Below the pieces are notes generated by a model. It worked only from the letters and a program-made list of their open reading frames with translations. It was not told the origin of the DNA and made no database searches. 64,000 nt of DNA, from assembly GCA_002269645.1 (NCBI GenBank), contig NIVC01003209.1, positions 47,186 through 111,185 on the forward strand, given 5' to 3'. Shown here in pieces: positions 21,901 through 36,300 of this stretch. The stretch comes from Macrostomum lignano (Eukaryota). The position numbers and the translations under genes were made by a program. Numbering within the stretch: the first letter of the stretch is position 1; every line of letters begins with the position of its first letter.

Positions 21901-23709
21901 AACCCTACAACTACAACTACTACGGCGCACAGAAGAACTAACACCAAAACACAGCGCATTCGCGTTTGAAATACGATAGGAATTAGCATACAGTAAAACA
22001 ATAGTAGTAAAGTACGTACAGTAAGAATCGCGGAAATAGAAACTCACTACTGAATAAATACTAACTAAATAATATTCAAGAATGCCGGACACATAATAAA
22101 AAGTGCGGAGATTTAATTGATACATAAAAATACTTTACACAGAGCGTCTCTCGGCGTGCCACTGTCACGATCAACCTGCAGTTGTCAGTGGACTCGTTGC
22201 GGACTGTGTGCTTAATAAATTGAATAGTATACGCTTAATTCCCAAGTGTTTAATCATCAGCAGGTTGAAGCATTCATGAGAGTTCAAGCAGACAACTGAA
22301 ACAATTTAGTTATGTTTGAGTTTTTGCTGTTTTGAACAATTGCTTTGAATGAACCAGTATTTGTGCGCTATTATTCAGCATATTTTTCTTGACCTGGAAT
22401 TTAGTGTGTAACGACACACAGAATATATCCTGTAAAATATTTTACATGTTTGACCAACACAATACCTTAAAGTGCAAGTGCAATCTTTTATGCTGGCTGC
22501 TAGGTGGCGAGTTAAAGTTTATAAGCAATTAGCATTTTAATTCAGTATAAGGGTATTATTTATCATGTGACCTCACTTTTCTAAATTTGCATAGGCCTAT
22601 CATGTTTATGATAGAATTTTTGCACTTTTGGCCCCACCTTTGTGGCTTGAAGTCAATCTATATATCTATATCAATATTTATGGTATAACATTGTTAGTTG
22701 CAAATTTCATTAAATAATATTGTTTATTGTGCACAAAAAATTAAATTACTGAGTAATTCACAAAACTGGGATGCGTGCCCTGCATTCAGGATTCAGTGTC
22801 ATCATATATTAAGTTGTTCCATCATATATTATATAAATGTTTATTGGCAAATATTATATTGGCAATCTTAAAATTTGAGACATTGGGACAAACATTTTTC
22901 TTTAAAATGCACATTTAAAAAAGTTATGCATAGAAATTGTCTTATCTTTATATTAGATGTTCAATTTACCAAAAAGTAGAAGAAAAGCTAAATATAGACA
23001 ACATGAAGCCATCAGTATATTGGATATTAAAAATGACTGCTGCATTATTCTTAATTATACTTTGTTACAAAACAATAACATTTTTAAACTGCTTCAAAAT
23101 ATTCTGATATCTAAATAGAATTCAACAAAGAAGAACTCCCTAGTATTTTACAATCATTGTTTATGTTAGACTTTCTATAGAATAGTTTACTGTGTAAAAT
23201 GCTAGTAATGTATCAAGTCTCTCTATATGATTTACAATTAAGTCAATATAAAGAAAGCAGCAGAATGACCATCTGCTTATATAGTCATTAACTTATATTG
23301 CAAAGCAAAGAGTAAAATTTTGATATTATTCAGATTTCTAATTATCAGATTAATTAAAGTTGCCTTTCATATTCAAAGATCTGCTTTAAAGCTCAATGTT
23401 CTTAGTGCTGTTAGCACCTCATTAATTAAATTAGTAATCACATTTCATTTCATTGTTTTATTTCATTTTGCAGCAATTTGATATTTGCTTTTCTTGGAAT
23501 ACTATATTGGCTAATTTTGTATAAGTGCCTGCTGACTTAAAAAGCTTTGTATTTGGAATAATTAATATCTAGCAAAATAGCAGTTTTATTCAACTTGCCA
23601 AATTGACACTGGTTCAAACTTTGTCATAGTTGAAACTAATCATCATATTGGTAAAATAATCCTACTGGTAAACTGCTCTAATCACAATCCAACTGGCTTA
23701 AAAATTACA

Positions 23710-26700
23710 ATGTACAATGTATCAAAGAGAGCCCAACAACGAGGAATCAAAAGGAAAGTAAATGAATTTTTAACAGAACTAAAGGCTAGTTCAACAAGCA
23801 CAGCACAAGAAGAATATGATAAAAACCCTCAACTAGATGCGTCAGAGCATGAGATCAGCACTTTTTTTGCTAGTGAAGGGATTCTTGATGAAACCAGCTA
23901 CAATTATGATGATACCATTGGCGAATGCAGTGATGATGAGTTCTGTGACAATCAGCCAAAGACTGACATCGCCCAAGAAATCAGGAATTGGGCTGTCTTG
24001 TATAGAATTCCTGGCAATGCACTATCTGCACTATTAAAAATCCTTGTGAATTTTTTCCCATCCTTGCCATTGTCATCAAGAACTCTTCTCAAGACTCCAA
24101 GACACACAACATTCACTGCAATGGGCTCTGGAAAGTTCACTTACTTCTTCGGGTTGCAAGACCTTGTGAACCAAGTGCTGTCTTCATCTGAAAAGCCTCA
24201 GCTTCAAATCAACATTGATGGCCTACCAGTTGGAAGCAACTCGAATAAAGAATTTTGGCCAATTCAGGCTTCCATTGGAAAAGACCCGCCAGCTATAATA
24301 GGTCTGTACTGTGGAGAGCAAAAGCCACCTCTTGAGGAATATTTGAAGGATCTGATTGTTGAGCTGCAAGGTCTTGAAGACTGGTTCGACATCAAGTTCA
24401 TATGCGACGCTCCAGCTCGTGCATTCATTAAATGCATCAAGGGACACGGCGGATATTCCTCATGCGAGCAGTGTACTGCTTATGGCAGATATGTTGGCCA
24501 CGTAATTCTGGAAGACGTTGATGCCCCATTGCGCACGGATGACTCGTTCAGGCAACAGATTGATGAGGAGCACCATACCGGAACAAGCCCCCTGATGGCT
24601 TTGAAGATCAATATGATTACAGCTTTCCCACTGGACTACATGCATCTTGTATGTCTTGGGGTGATGAAGCGGCTGTTGTTGCAATGGGTTGGCGGTCGAC
24701 TGCCAAATCGACTGTCTAATCAGCACGTATTGCAAATTTCTGGTCATATCCTGAATGTTGCCAATTTCATTCCATCGGAGTTTGCTCGAGAACCGAGACC
24801 ACTGAGTGAATGCCGGCGTTGGAAAGCGACTGAATTCCGGTCATTTCTACTTTATTCAGGAAAAGTTGTACTGAAATCAGTTCTGCCCTCCAAGCTGTAC
24901 AAGCATTTCTTGCTGCTGAGCGTCGCTATTTTCTGTCTTTGTAATCCTGAAAGGTGCATTCAGCTGGCAGATTATGCTGCAGAACTCCTTCGGATGTTTG
25001 TGTCCGACTGTGCAAAATTTACGGTGACAATTTCATGAGTCATAATGTGCATTGCCTGCTCCATCTACCATCCTGTGTCAAACACAACGGGTCTCTTGAC
25101 AGTTTTTCTGCCTTCAAGTTCGAAAACAATATGCAATCCATCAAAGCAAAACTCAGAACCAGCAACTTACCATTCGAGCAAGTTTGCAACAGAATTCACG
25201 AAGAAAAAAGCATCAACGTGAATCGATCAGCCGCCAAGTCTACAAAATACATTGGCCTGCATTGGTCAGGTCCGTGTGATAAATAGGCAATTAGATAATA
25301 GCATGCACGGTAAGCAATTATTTAGGCCCTAGACAAACCTACTTGGAGCGCTCGGAGATTTTAAAGCTATTAATCCTAATCGCCTATCGCCGGTCGGCGA
25401 GTTCTACCAGTCTTCTCCAATAGCCGCAGATACAGTACAAGAAAATAAAGAACACGAGGAAACACAAACCGAAAGATTTAGAGAGTGATAATCCTATTTC
25501 AAGAATAACCAACTTGATTGACGGTTTAATTTGATTAGCCGATTTACAAGATTTAGACAAACGACGCGGATAACTAGAGTTGACAAAACGACAATAACGG
25601 TTAATAAATATGATTATATACGCACTGACAAGCGGATCTTAGCTTGAAGAAGAAAAAGGAGGCACCGAACACAGGACCACGGAGAAGACTCCTAACCCCT
25701 GGCCTAAGCCAGAACCTACTCTCAAACGAGAGCCCTGCCGAACCGACCGTTCAACGGAGTACCGACTAAGTTCTATCGGCACTGCCCTTCAGTGTAACAC
25801 TGGGGCCCTCGGGGTCGAGGCCGCGTACTTGATCAGATCCGACAGTCTCTATCTAACCGCGCTTGATAGCGACGACTTCAGACAGGAATTTGCCGTAGAC
25901 GTTACGCCACAAGACTACTGCGGTTGGGCGGGAACAAAGATACGGACCGGGGTGATGAAATCAAAACGCCTCAAAGCGCGAACCACAAGAGGAGGAAAAA
26001 TCGGGCCACCGGCCGGGAACTGGACAAGACAAACCGGGGAAAAGGAGAGAAGCGAGATCCGATTGCCAAAACACACTTTCATATATAGTCAGAGTCACAA
26101 CCCCTCAAAACTCCCCTCAAGCCGGGTGGTGGTCGTCTGGCCGGCCGCTTGCTTAAGCCGAATTGAACTGTGCCCGCGGCGCCGGGTAGAACTGAAACTT
26201 GCCGCGTGCCAGGGTCCAGGCCGGTTCTGATTGGCTGACCGCGCAAAGCTGGGGTTCGCAGACAAACTCAACCCTCCGCTGAGTCACCGATGGCGTCTGA
26301 TTTCTAGCCTGTTTACGCAAAATTGATTCTAACTAACAAGGAAAAAAAGTACACCAAAAACGTATGACTAACTAAAGCAAAATAACAATTCAATAACAAT
26401 ATAGAAACTAATGCAGTCAATTTACAACAAAATACACGCAAAGATGCTCACACTACATCCGCTTCCGAATATTCCCCCTTCGTGCATTGAGCAGTACAGA
26501 GCGATCATTTCGAGCAGGTTCAGACTGTCCAGTGCCGTAAATGATTCCTTTATTGAATGCTCAGAAGGCTGCTACTATAGAATCGTGAATGTCCTGCAGG
26601 TGGAGAATGAGTCCAGCTTGGTGTGTCGCCGATTCAAAACCAAAGAGTCATTCTTCGCATACCCTGTTGAATCAGAAAAGATGGGCATCCATCTTGTGTC

Positions 26701-26809
26701 GAATTTAGATTTAGTTAACCTCTACACACTACGAATTACAGAGGTGAAGAGAAAGTTCTACGGACTGCCCGTCGACAACAAGGTTGTCCTCACACCCATG
26801 TTTCTGTAA
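23710..26809 (+). pseudogene. CACTA/EnSpm-type DDE transposase, with a frameshift near 25015 and a solo-LTR insertion
   Basis: NIDGLP..EFWPI, CDAPARAF..GHGGYSSCEQC, LDYMHLVCLG, WKATEFRSFLLY and HNVHCLLHL..SAFKFEN motifs. Removing 25275-26461 restores HWSGPLPNIPPSCIEQY. Confidence 0.9.
25275..26457. mobile_element. Solo LTR (1183 bp) nested in the transposase
   Basis: Ends TGTG...TACA with a 4-bp TSD TCCG (25271-25274, 26458-26461). The host reading frame is restored on removal. Confidence 0.85.
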
Positions 26810-26822
26810 AACATCGTTGCAG

Positions 26823-28364
26823 ATGCACTTTTGCGTTGTGGAATTTGCGGACAAGTCAGTTGAATATGTCAGCGAGGCCTGGCTCGTAGGACGTACCCGC
26901 TGTTACTGGCCACCGATAACTGTAGCGAGGGCCATTAAGTTAAGGTCGAAGCACGCTGCACCGAATTCAGAATGGGAGCTACATGACATTAAAATTTTGT
27001 CGATGACAACCAACGAATGTACGGCACGCCGACGACTCAACCGGGCATCATGCGGCGCAGAAGAGCTGACAACCGATGCTGAGGCAACAGCCAACAGGAA
27101 GCGCACTCAACCGATCCGCTTAATCGATGGGCCTGCTCAGCAAAACAAAAAAAGAACAAAGACGGCAAGGATCGTGGCAGACTCAGATCTAGAGTCATGC
27201 GATGGATATGACGATGATGCTGATCTGCCACCTCCATTGCCAAATTTTCGTGAGTACGCACATTTGAAGTTCGATCTTTGAATTGGCTAAAACAAATTTG
27301 GGTAAATCAAATGTTTTAAAACTGTTCATTCTTCTGCAGCCCACATTAATGAGACGCCCCGAGCAGCGAGAGGCGGACGCGAAGAGTCAGTGGGATCGTC
27401 CAGCTGTGCAGCTGTTCTGTTTGAGGCAGCGCATTTGAATTCGTGCAGGCAGGATGACGCTGCGCAGCAGACGCAGACGCCGGCTGCTGCTGCCTACCCC
27501 GCTCAACAGTCGAACCAGACTCCCCTCTCGAATGCTTTGGGAATAACGCCGGCAAACAGGCCGCTCTCAGCTGTGCGACCTCCCGCTCCACCGTCAGCTG
27601 CTGCCTCCGCTGCCGCAAGTGAACCCAGACTGGCAGTTGCGCCAGATTGTGCTGCAGGCGCGAGCACGCGTAAGTGTTCACAGATTCATTTGAAATGCTG
27701 TTGTTGTGAGAACTAAAATCATGCACGTGTACACCAATGCCATTTTTGCTAAAGTACAAGAGCACTGTAGTGTGATACCCATGATGAAAATTCCCGCCTT
27801 GATGTTTCAGCATTCGAGAAGATTGTTATGAGGGAACTGGCAGCCATCCGTCAATACGTTGAACGGGTTGAACGCACGGTCTCCGCGATCGCGTCACGAA
27901 AGAGCGTCGCGGCTCCGAATCTGCCTGTCAACTTGCCGTGCTCGGCAGAAGACATGGCAGAACTAGTCCAGCATCTGGAAGAAAATCCAGCGGATGCAGA
28001 AGCGCTCGTGAGTGCATCGGCGTTCCTGTTTTTCTTCAATTCTTCTGTTGCGTGTAAAATAAAAAAAATTAGACAATTTTGCGTAACTGCTTCACTTGCA
28101 TTACAGGAAGGACAGATGGCCTGCATTGGTGGCGGCAGCACCCAGGATGCAGTGCGTCGCATTTTGCGCCGGCTGCTGGCTCCGCCGGCTATGGCGAGTT
28201 TTAGTTTCGCAGGACGGCGAGAGAAAGCGGCGTTCAAGGACAGCATCCTGTGGACAATCGTGCGAGGTGCAACGCTACGCAGCGTCAAGGCGAAGGAGAA
28301 GGAGATAGAAGCCGCTGTAAAGGAGGTGCTAAAGCATGCAAATGACCCGAATCGCGCTCGTTAG
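26823..28364 (+). CDS. Spliced transposon accessory gene with a C-terminal DUF4806/BEN-like domain; join(26823-27249,27340-27669,27811-28007,28107-28364)
   Basis: Three GT-AG introns (GTGAGT, GTAAGT, GTGAGT donors) whose phases give one continuous frame. N-terminal FCVVEF..WL..CYWPP and C-terminal GGGSTQDAVRRILRRL..FSFAGRREKAAF motifs are typical of CMC-associated ORFs. Confidence 0.75.
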
Positions 28365-29442
28365 CTTCATATTTGAGGTCCCCTGGCCGCGGGAAAAATC
28401 GGCTCCCGAGCCTTGTCAGTTTGTTTCGATTTATTCATGCAGAGTAGGCTGGAATGGAGAAACTTAGATATAGAAAAATGGGGCGGGAAATTAGCTCTTT
28501 CCCTACCTAGTCATCAGATCCCTCCCCACCAAAATTTTAGATTCTAAGACAAACAGGGGTCGCAAAAACCCGTTCTTTATACCAGTTTTCAGTAATTTTT
28601 AAAAAAAACGGTGAAAACGGTAAAACTGCTTTGTTGGCCTTTTTTGGCTTAAATTATTTCAAGTGTTATATTATTATGTGTTATATTATATTTATTTACT
28701 ATATACTGGGCGTTTATTTGCCAATTAAATTGGCTGTTTATTCTAGGAAACAAAAAATTAATAAAATAATTAAATGCTGCGTTGCTCTCATTTTTCTCTA
28801 CTCTAATTACTTTTATCTACTATAATTTTACTCTAATTACCATACATCGCTACGTTCTACTATTCATTACCCAGTTCCCAGTTGGTATTATGTTCCTTTT
28901 GTTTGCTATAGCTTTTATTATCTCTTATTGCATAAAATTGCGTACTATATTTTTCCAGCGGCTGACATATAGCTGTACAATCCTGGTGCGAGTCGACCTT
29001 CGCCAATAAAATATCACCCAGTATCTGATATAAGAAAGTTTATAGTAAAACCGGTAGGAAACTGGTAAAACTGCCTATTTTTTAGCATTTTGGCTTACAT
29101 TATTGCAGGTATGCGTGCTCACGAGCGTGTATGTCAGTACGTGTGCATGACAAATTATCTTGGTGTGCAATTGCTGCTGTGAATTACAGCATTTAAACCT
29201 CATAAATTTTTAAACAGCATTTAACGTGGCGATCACCTCTGTGAAACTGCATTCAAATCAAGAAGTAAGAAAGTAACCGCGGCCAACTGTAAACTAGTCG
29301 CGTAAAGGTCGCGTAATGGTAATAACGTGACGTCGCAAAGTGAAGTGTACGCGACGTCGCGTGGCGCGACACTTGACCCCTTCCCGCGACGTAACTTTGC
29401 GACGTTTACGCGACGTTGCCGCGACGAAGTGTGTTACTAGGG

Positions 29443-30990
<1,548 letters not shown>

Positions 30991-30998
30991 GCCCGCAG

Positions 30999-32681
30999 CA
31001 GTGCTGCCACTACCTGCGTTTTTACGTTTTTTTAGCTCTGGCTCTGCGTTATGCGATAATTTTTTCACCAGACGTAATATCTGCGTTTTTTATTATTTAC
31101 ACCGTACCCATCCTTTTTCATGATTATAAATAATAAGCCCAGTTGGCAGTCAAATTTTGACTATGTTTCATACTTGTCTTTTTAATTTTAAGTAACGTTT
31201 TTAGCATCTAGCAGTCAGCACAGTGATCATTTGTTTTATTTAATGCTGTCACTCTCACTTAAAGCACGAATTAATTAATCCTTTCGATGACAGCCAGCTG
31301 CGAGTCGGCGAGGAGACTCAAATTCTACTCCGCGACCCAGGAAGACGAGAATCTCAAAACGCACTATTCTTTCTTAAGGTTCGTGCATTCTATCAAGCCT
31401 TTGCTGCCTACCTAGCAACTGAACTTCCATTTAGGAAGTTCATTCTACGGCGCCTGCAAGTTCTCAATCCAGGCAAACTGCTTGACGAAGAGAGTCCCGA
31501 CCTTGCTGTTGCGCTGGCCAAGCAGCTGCCAACAGTAATACGCCAGAACGAACTTGACTCTCTTTGTCAAGAAGTTCAGCAGCTGCGTCTTCAAGGGCAC
31601 CTTGTCGAAAGCTACCTAGCACCAGCACTTTTCTGGCGTCAGGTCGCCAATAAGAAGAACATCTTCGACGAGCCAGCGTTCCCCTTGATGACTAAGTTAG
31701 CACAAGCTGTCATGACCTTCTTCCCCGCCAATGCCGATCCAGAACGTGCTATAGGGAAGTCAAGTGACATCGATGATAATTCAAAGCAAAACGCAATGGC
31801 TGACACCACTCGTCTAGCTCATCTTCGAGTTCATAGCTTCCTTTGCTCAACTCAGCAACTGTGCAACGATGCGAACATCAGTCGGAACCTGATTGATCTC
31901 GGGATCAAAGCACGAGCCAAGTATTTCGCCCACCAGGCAGAAAAGAAAAAGCGTAAGGCAACAGAAAAGGCTCAGGCAGCTGCTGCAGCGCAAGCGGCCA
32001 AGGATGCTGAGGCAGCAAAGCGCGAAATGCAGCGCCTAGAGCAAGCAACGAAGATTCGCCAGCGAGAGATGGCTGCTCATGACCTCGAGCAGGAAGCCAA
32101 TCGAAAGGTCACCGAAGCAGAGTTGGCGCTGCAGAAGGTCGCTGAGCACCTAAAGCAAGCGCAGCGTGAGCGGGAGGCTGCCCAGAAAGCCAAAATGGCA
32201 GTGGAAAAGAACCGCCAAATGCTAGACCAACGTGCTTTTGATGGGGGCGGAGCTACGAAGCGCAAGTCCTCTAGTCAAGCCAATGTGGACCAAGAATCCA
32301 TCGCCGAGAAGCTTCCACCAGCAAGAAGCCCTGTGACCATGACAATGTAGTACAATAAATTGATCTGACTGTCTATGACGGATAAACTTTCACATTGTTC
32401 TTTAAGTACAAGCAACTTTTTAGCAATCAATTTTTTATTAAAGTCAATTCATTACAGCTATTTTTTACCGTTCATTATTCTACTGCACTGTGTTGTGTTT
32501 TTTGTTTGTTGTGTTGCCTATCTGGAATCAAGGAAAAAATTAAATAGAAAATCCGAATTTAGCGTTAAAAATTTCTACATTCAAATATCTTTTAGTGACG
32601 GGAGGTAAAAACAATCATAATTTTAAAATGCGTTTTTTTCCTTGTGCGTTAATTTTTTTACAATATAGAGTGGCAGCACTG
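30999..32681 (+). mobile_element. hAT transposon, internally deleted (1683 bp)
   Basis: 13-bp TIRs CAGTGCTGCCACT and 8-bp TSD GCCCGCAG. Retains only a C-terminal transposase remnant. Confidence 0.9.
31290..32350 (+). pseudogene. hAT transposase C-terminal remnant (dimerisation domain) with a charged coiled-coil tail
   Basis: FYQAF..YL..ELP and FWRQV..FPLMTKLAQAVMTFFPANADPER motifs. Confidence 0.7.
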
Positions 32682-33263
32682 GCCCGCAGCCATGAGCTTG
32701 ATTCTTTATCTGGCCTTTGAGGTAAAAATCTGCCGATCCCTGCTTCGAAAGCCAGTTTTTGGGACGTAGTTGTTATCATTTCTCATGCTTTAATCACGTC
32801 ACCTTTCTGGCCAATTAGTAGCCCTGAGAGGAATCTCCAGCTCCACGAACACCACCACAGTCTGCAGCAGTCTAACAACCAAGGACATACGCATTTCTTA
32901 GGAGCCATTTAAATTTTAAAGTACCTTATGCGAAACTTAATGTTAAAAGTTTCATGGTGTAACTAATTTAGTAGGATTGCATCGTAATCAGTTATTTATT
33001 AATTTTTCGCTATTTTTACAAATACGCTCGTACAAACCATCCCGCTGCCCGCATCGCCTTGGTTTGCCGCTGCTGCAGACTGTCCATACAGAGGACAGTG
33101 GTTTGAATCTCTCACTAAACTGTCAAGGCTAAACTTAGCCTCTCCACGCGCGGGGGTGCAGAGAAGGCTATTAAAAAGTTATTCCAAAACACTGTACATT
33201 TGCTATGTACATTCAGCCCTATCGCCTGACCCTTCGTCTGGCTCTGGGGCAATGAGTGAGTGA

Positions 33264-33383
33264 GGGGTCTACGACAATTGACTGCCACAATTTGACTGCC
33301 ACAATTTGACTGCGGTCAATTTGACTGCGGACGGGTGCCACAATGCCGCAGTCAAATTGTGGCAGTCAATTGTCGTGCACCCG
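33264..33383. mobile_element. Small palindromic MITE (PIF/Harbinger-like)
   Basis: Long inverted arms GGGTCTACGACAATTGACTGCCACAATTTGACTGC / GCAGTCAAATTGTGGCAGTCAATTGTCGTGCACCC, flanked by TGA. Confidence 0.65.
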
Positions 33384-36300
33384 TGAGTGAGTGGCACAAA
33401 CAACAGAAAAAGCAGACAAACTTCACATGCTTACAGTTTCTTTTTCGATTGAGTTACAGAGTTGAAACTTTACATTTAGATAGAGAATGAGTCAATGAAG
33501 AATTGTGTCAAGTTTAAAGTCAATCGCTTTACGTGGAGCAAACTTATGGCAGCTGAAAGTTAGTCAATTTTGAAACCCCTTTTACACATCTGGGCCCAGA
33601 TTGGGAAAAAGAGGCAGGCGGGCGGAGGTTGGGGTGGTTGCTACGCTGAAAAAAACAGCCTAACTTTAAAAGTGCACAGCACCGCTCAGGATTAACTTTG
33701 AGACTCGAAATTTTACATGATTGTGCAAAAATAGTTGCAGATTGTCTGTGTCAAATTTGAAGAGAATCGGTAGAAGTGGAGCGGCGCTATAGAGAATTAA
33801 GTGAAAATGGAAAATTGTCTACACACAGACAGACAGAGTTTTGATTTTTATATGTAGAGACGAGTGGAACTCCTCCTTCGGAGGAGAAAGGGGAAGAACT
33901 CCCATCACCGGAATTCCATTCCTTGAAATATCCATCAACTGAAATTCCATGTCTTGAATCCCATCTTCCAAATCGTCTCCAAATTCTTTACAAAATCTTT
34001 GAAAGACCATAGCTCAAAGACTCTCACGTCTCTCATATCTCCTCTCTCTTCTATTCGCTATTATCGTGACTCTCTTCTCTCTCCTCTCTCTCATCTCATC
34101 TCTACCCCTACTCCCTTATTTATCTCTTCTCCCTCGTCTTTCGTCTGTACCCTCTCCTGTCTCTTGTCTCCTCTCTTCTCTCATATATCTCCTCTTCACT
34201 TCTGTCTCCTGTCTCCTCTCTTCTCTCATATATCTCCTCTTCACTTCTGTCTCCTGTCTCCTCTCTTCTCTCTTATCTCTCCCTCTTCTCTCCTCTCTCA
34301 TATGTCATCTCTCCTTACTTATCTATCGTCTCTCTTAACCCTCTCTCTCTTCTCTTTTCTCTCCTATCTGCTTCTCATTTCTCATATCTCATATACGCTC
34401 TCACACTCTACTTTCTTGTCTCCCATCTTTCTTTCCTCCTTACCACTATCCCCTGTCTCTTCTCTTCTCTCTTTTCTATCCTCTCCATTCTCTCTTCTCT
34501 CCTCTCCTTTCTCCTTTCATCTTCTCCCCTCTCTTCTCTAATCTCTAATCTCTTCTCTCTTATGTTCTCACTCATCTCTTTTCTCATCGCATCTCTCATC
34601 TCTCCTCTCCTCACTACTTTCCTTCTCTTAACTCTCTTATCTCTGATCTTTCATCTCTTTCCTCTCTCCTCTCTCTCTTCTCCTCTCGCTTCTCTCTCTC
34701 CTCTCTCTCCTCTCATCTATACTACCTTATTTATATCTTCTCCCTGGTCTTTCGTCTCTACTCTCTCCTGTCTCATTTCTCCCCTCTTTTCTCCTCTCTT
34801 CTCTCTCCCCTCCTCTCTCATCTCTCATCCCTCATCTCACTCCTTCTTTCTTATCTACTCTCCCCTCTTTTCTATGTACGCTCTTATCCCTCATCTCTAT
34901 TCTCTCTCCTATCATCTCTCTTGTCTCCCTCTGCTATCTCATATCTCCCCTCTCGTCTCCTCTCTCCTCTTCTCTTCTCTCTCCTTCGTTCCCGCCTTAC
35001 TCCCCTCTTCTCTCCCATCTGTCATGTCTAATCTCTCGTCTCATTTCTACTCTGTTTTCTATAATCTCATCTCATCTCTCTTCTCTTTTCATTCTTCTCT
35101 TTACTCTCTTCTCTGACTGATTGAAGATGCCAATTCCATCAAGATCCTCTCCGCGAAGCAGAAAAATCCTGTCCGTGCAACTGAAAACCATCGAAATCCT
35201 CTCCGTGAAACTGGACTCCTTCGAAATCCTCTCCTTGAAACTTAAATCCATCAAAATGGTCTCCATAAAACAGAAATCAATCATAAATTATCTCCGCGAA
35301 ACAGAAATCCTCTCCGTGAAGCTGAACATCATCGAAATCCTCTCCGTGAAACTGACCATCATCGAAGTCCTTTCCACGAAACTGAACACCATCGAAATCC
35401 TCTCCACGAAACTGAACACCATCGAAATCCTCTCCACGAAACTGAACACCATCGAAATCCTCTCCACGAAACTGAACACCATCGAAATCCTCTCCACGAA
35501 ACTGAACACCATCGAAATCCTCTCCACGAAACAGAAATCCTCTTCGTCAAAATTAAAACATTGAAATCGTCTCCGCTAAACTGGACTCAATCGATTTTTT
35601 TCCGTCAAACAACTCAACTCTCCGGATTCATTGGTTAGGGTTAGGGTTAGGGTTAGGGTTAGAACTACGCACAGCTTCGTGTTAAAAGGCACTGATAAAA
35701 ATATTAAAATAATTGAATCAATTCATTGCGCAACTGATTTCACAGTCAGTCAGTCAATCTAAATCAACCCTCCAATACACAGCAGCAGTGAGAAGTTGAA
35801 CCCTCCCCCCAACTTTATATATTACGTCTCGCAAAACTGATTACAATTTTTGCAAAAAGTTAAAAGTATGGGAATAGTTTTCCCAATGAAAAGCTTTTAG
35901 TTTTCATATATAAAGCAAACAACTTATATCCTCGAACTCTGCGTTGCAAGATCTTTCCAGCAATATAAGTTTCTCCTATCAAAGTTTAAAACTCGAGGAA
36001 CAGTTAGCGTTTGAAACTTAACGATTTCCCGACTGCTTGCTAGAGAAGCTCGCAATTCATTGAATTTCACTGCTAAGCTAATACACAGGGATGCCTATGG
36101 AGAAAAAAGGCGCCAATAATAAAACCAATTGAATCTCGACACAGTCCTGATTCCTATCTATCTGTTTACACTGTACAACTGCTATGTACACTCAGCCCAA
36201 GCCCAACCCCCCTTTCTGGGGGAAGCATTAAATTTAACTGAACCCCCCCCCAACACGCGGGGGGTTTTATTTCCACTTGCACCCACCACCCCTCAATACA

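Larger units (their letters stand above)
21039..29442 (+). mobile_element. CACTA/EnSpm-superfamily (CMC) DNA transposon, 8.4 kb
   Basis: Perfect 36-bp TIRs CCCTAGTAACACACTTCGTCGCGGCAACGTCGCGTA, 3-bp TSD TCG, subterminal GTCGCG repeats at both ends, and an internal transposase. Confidence 0.92.

Noticed and set aside
35121-35564. TIEILSxKLN repeat ORFs as leucine-rich-repeat proteins
   Set aside because: They derive from a 30-bp tandem repeat whose frame and copy number vary between units.
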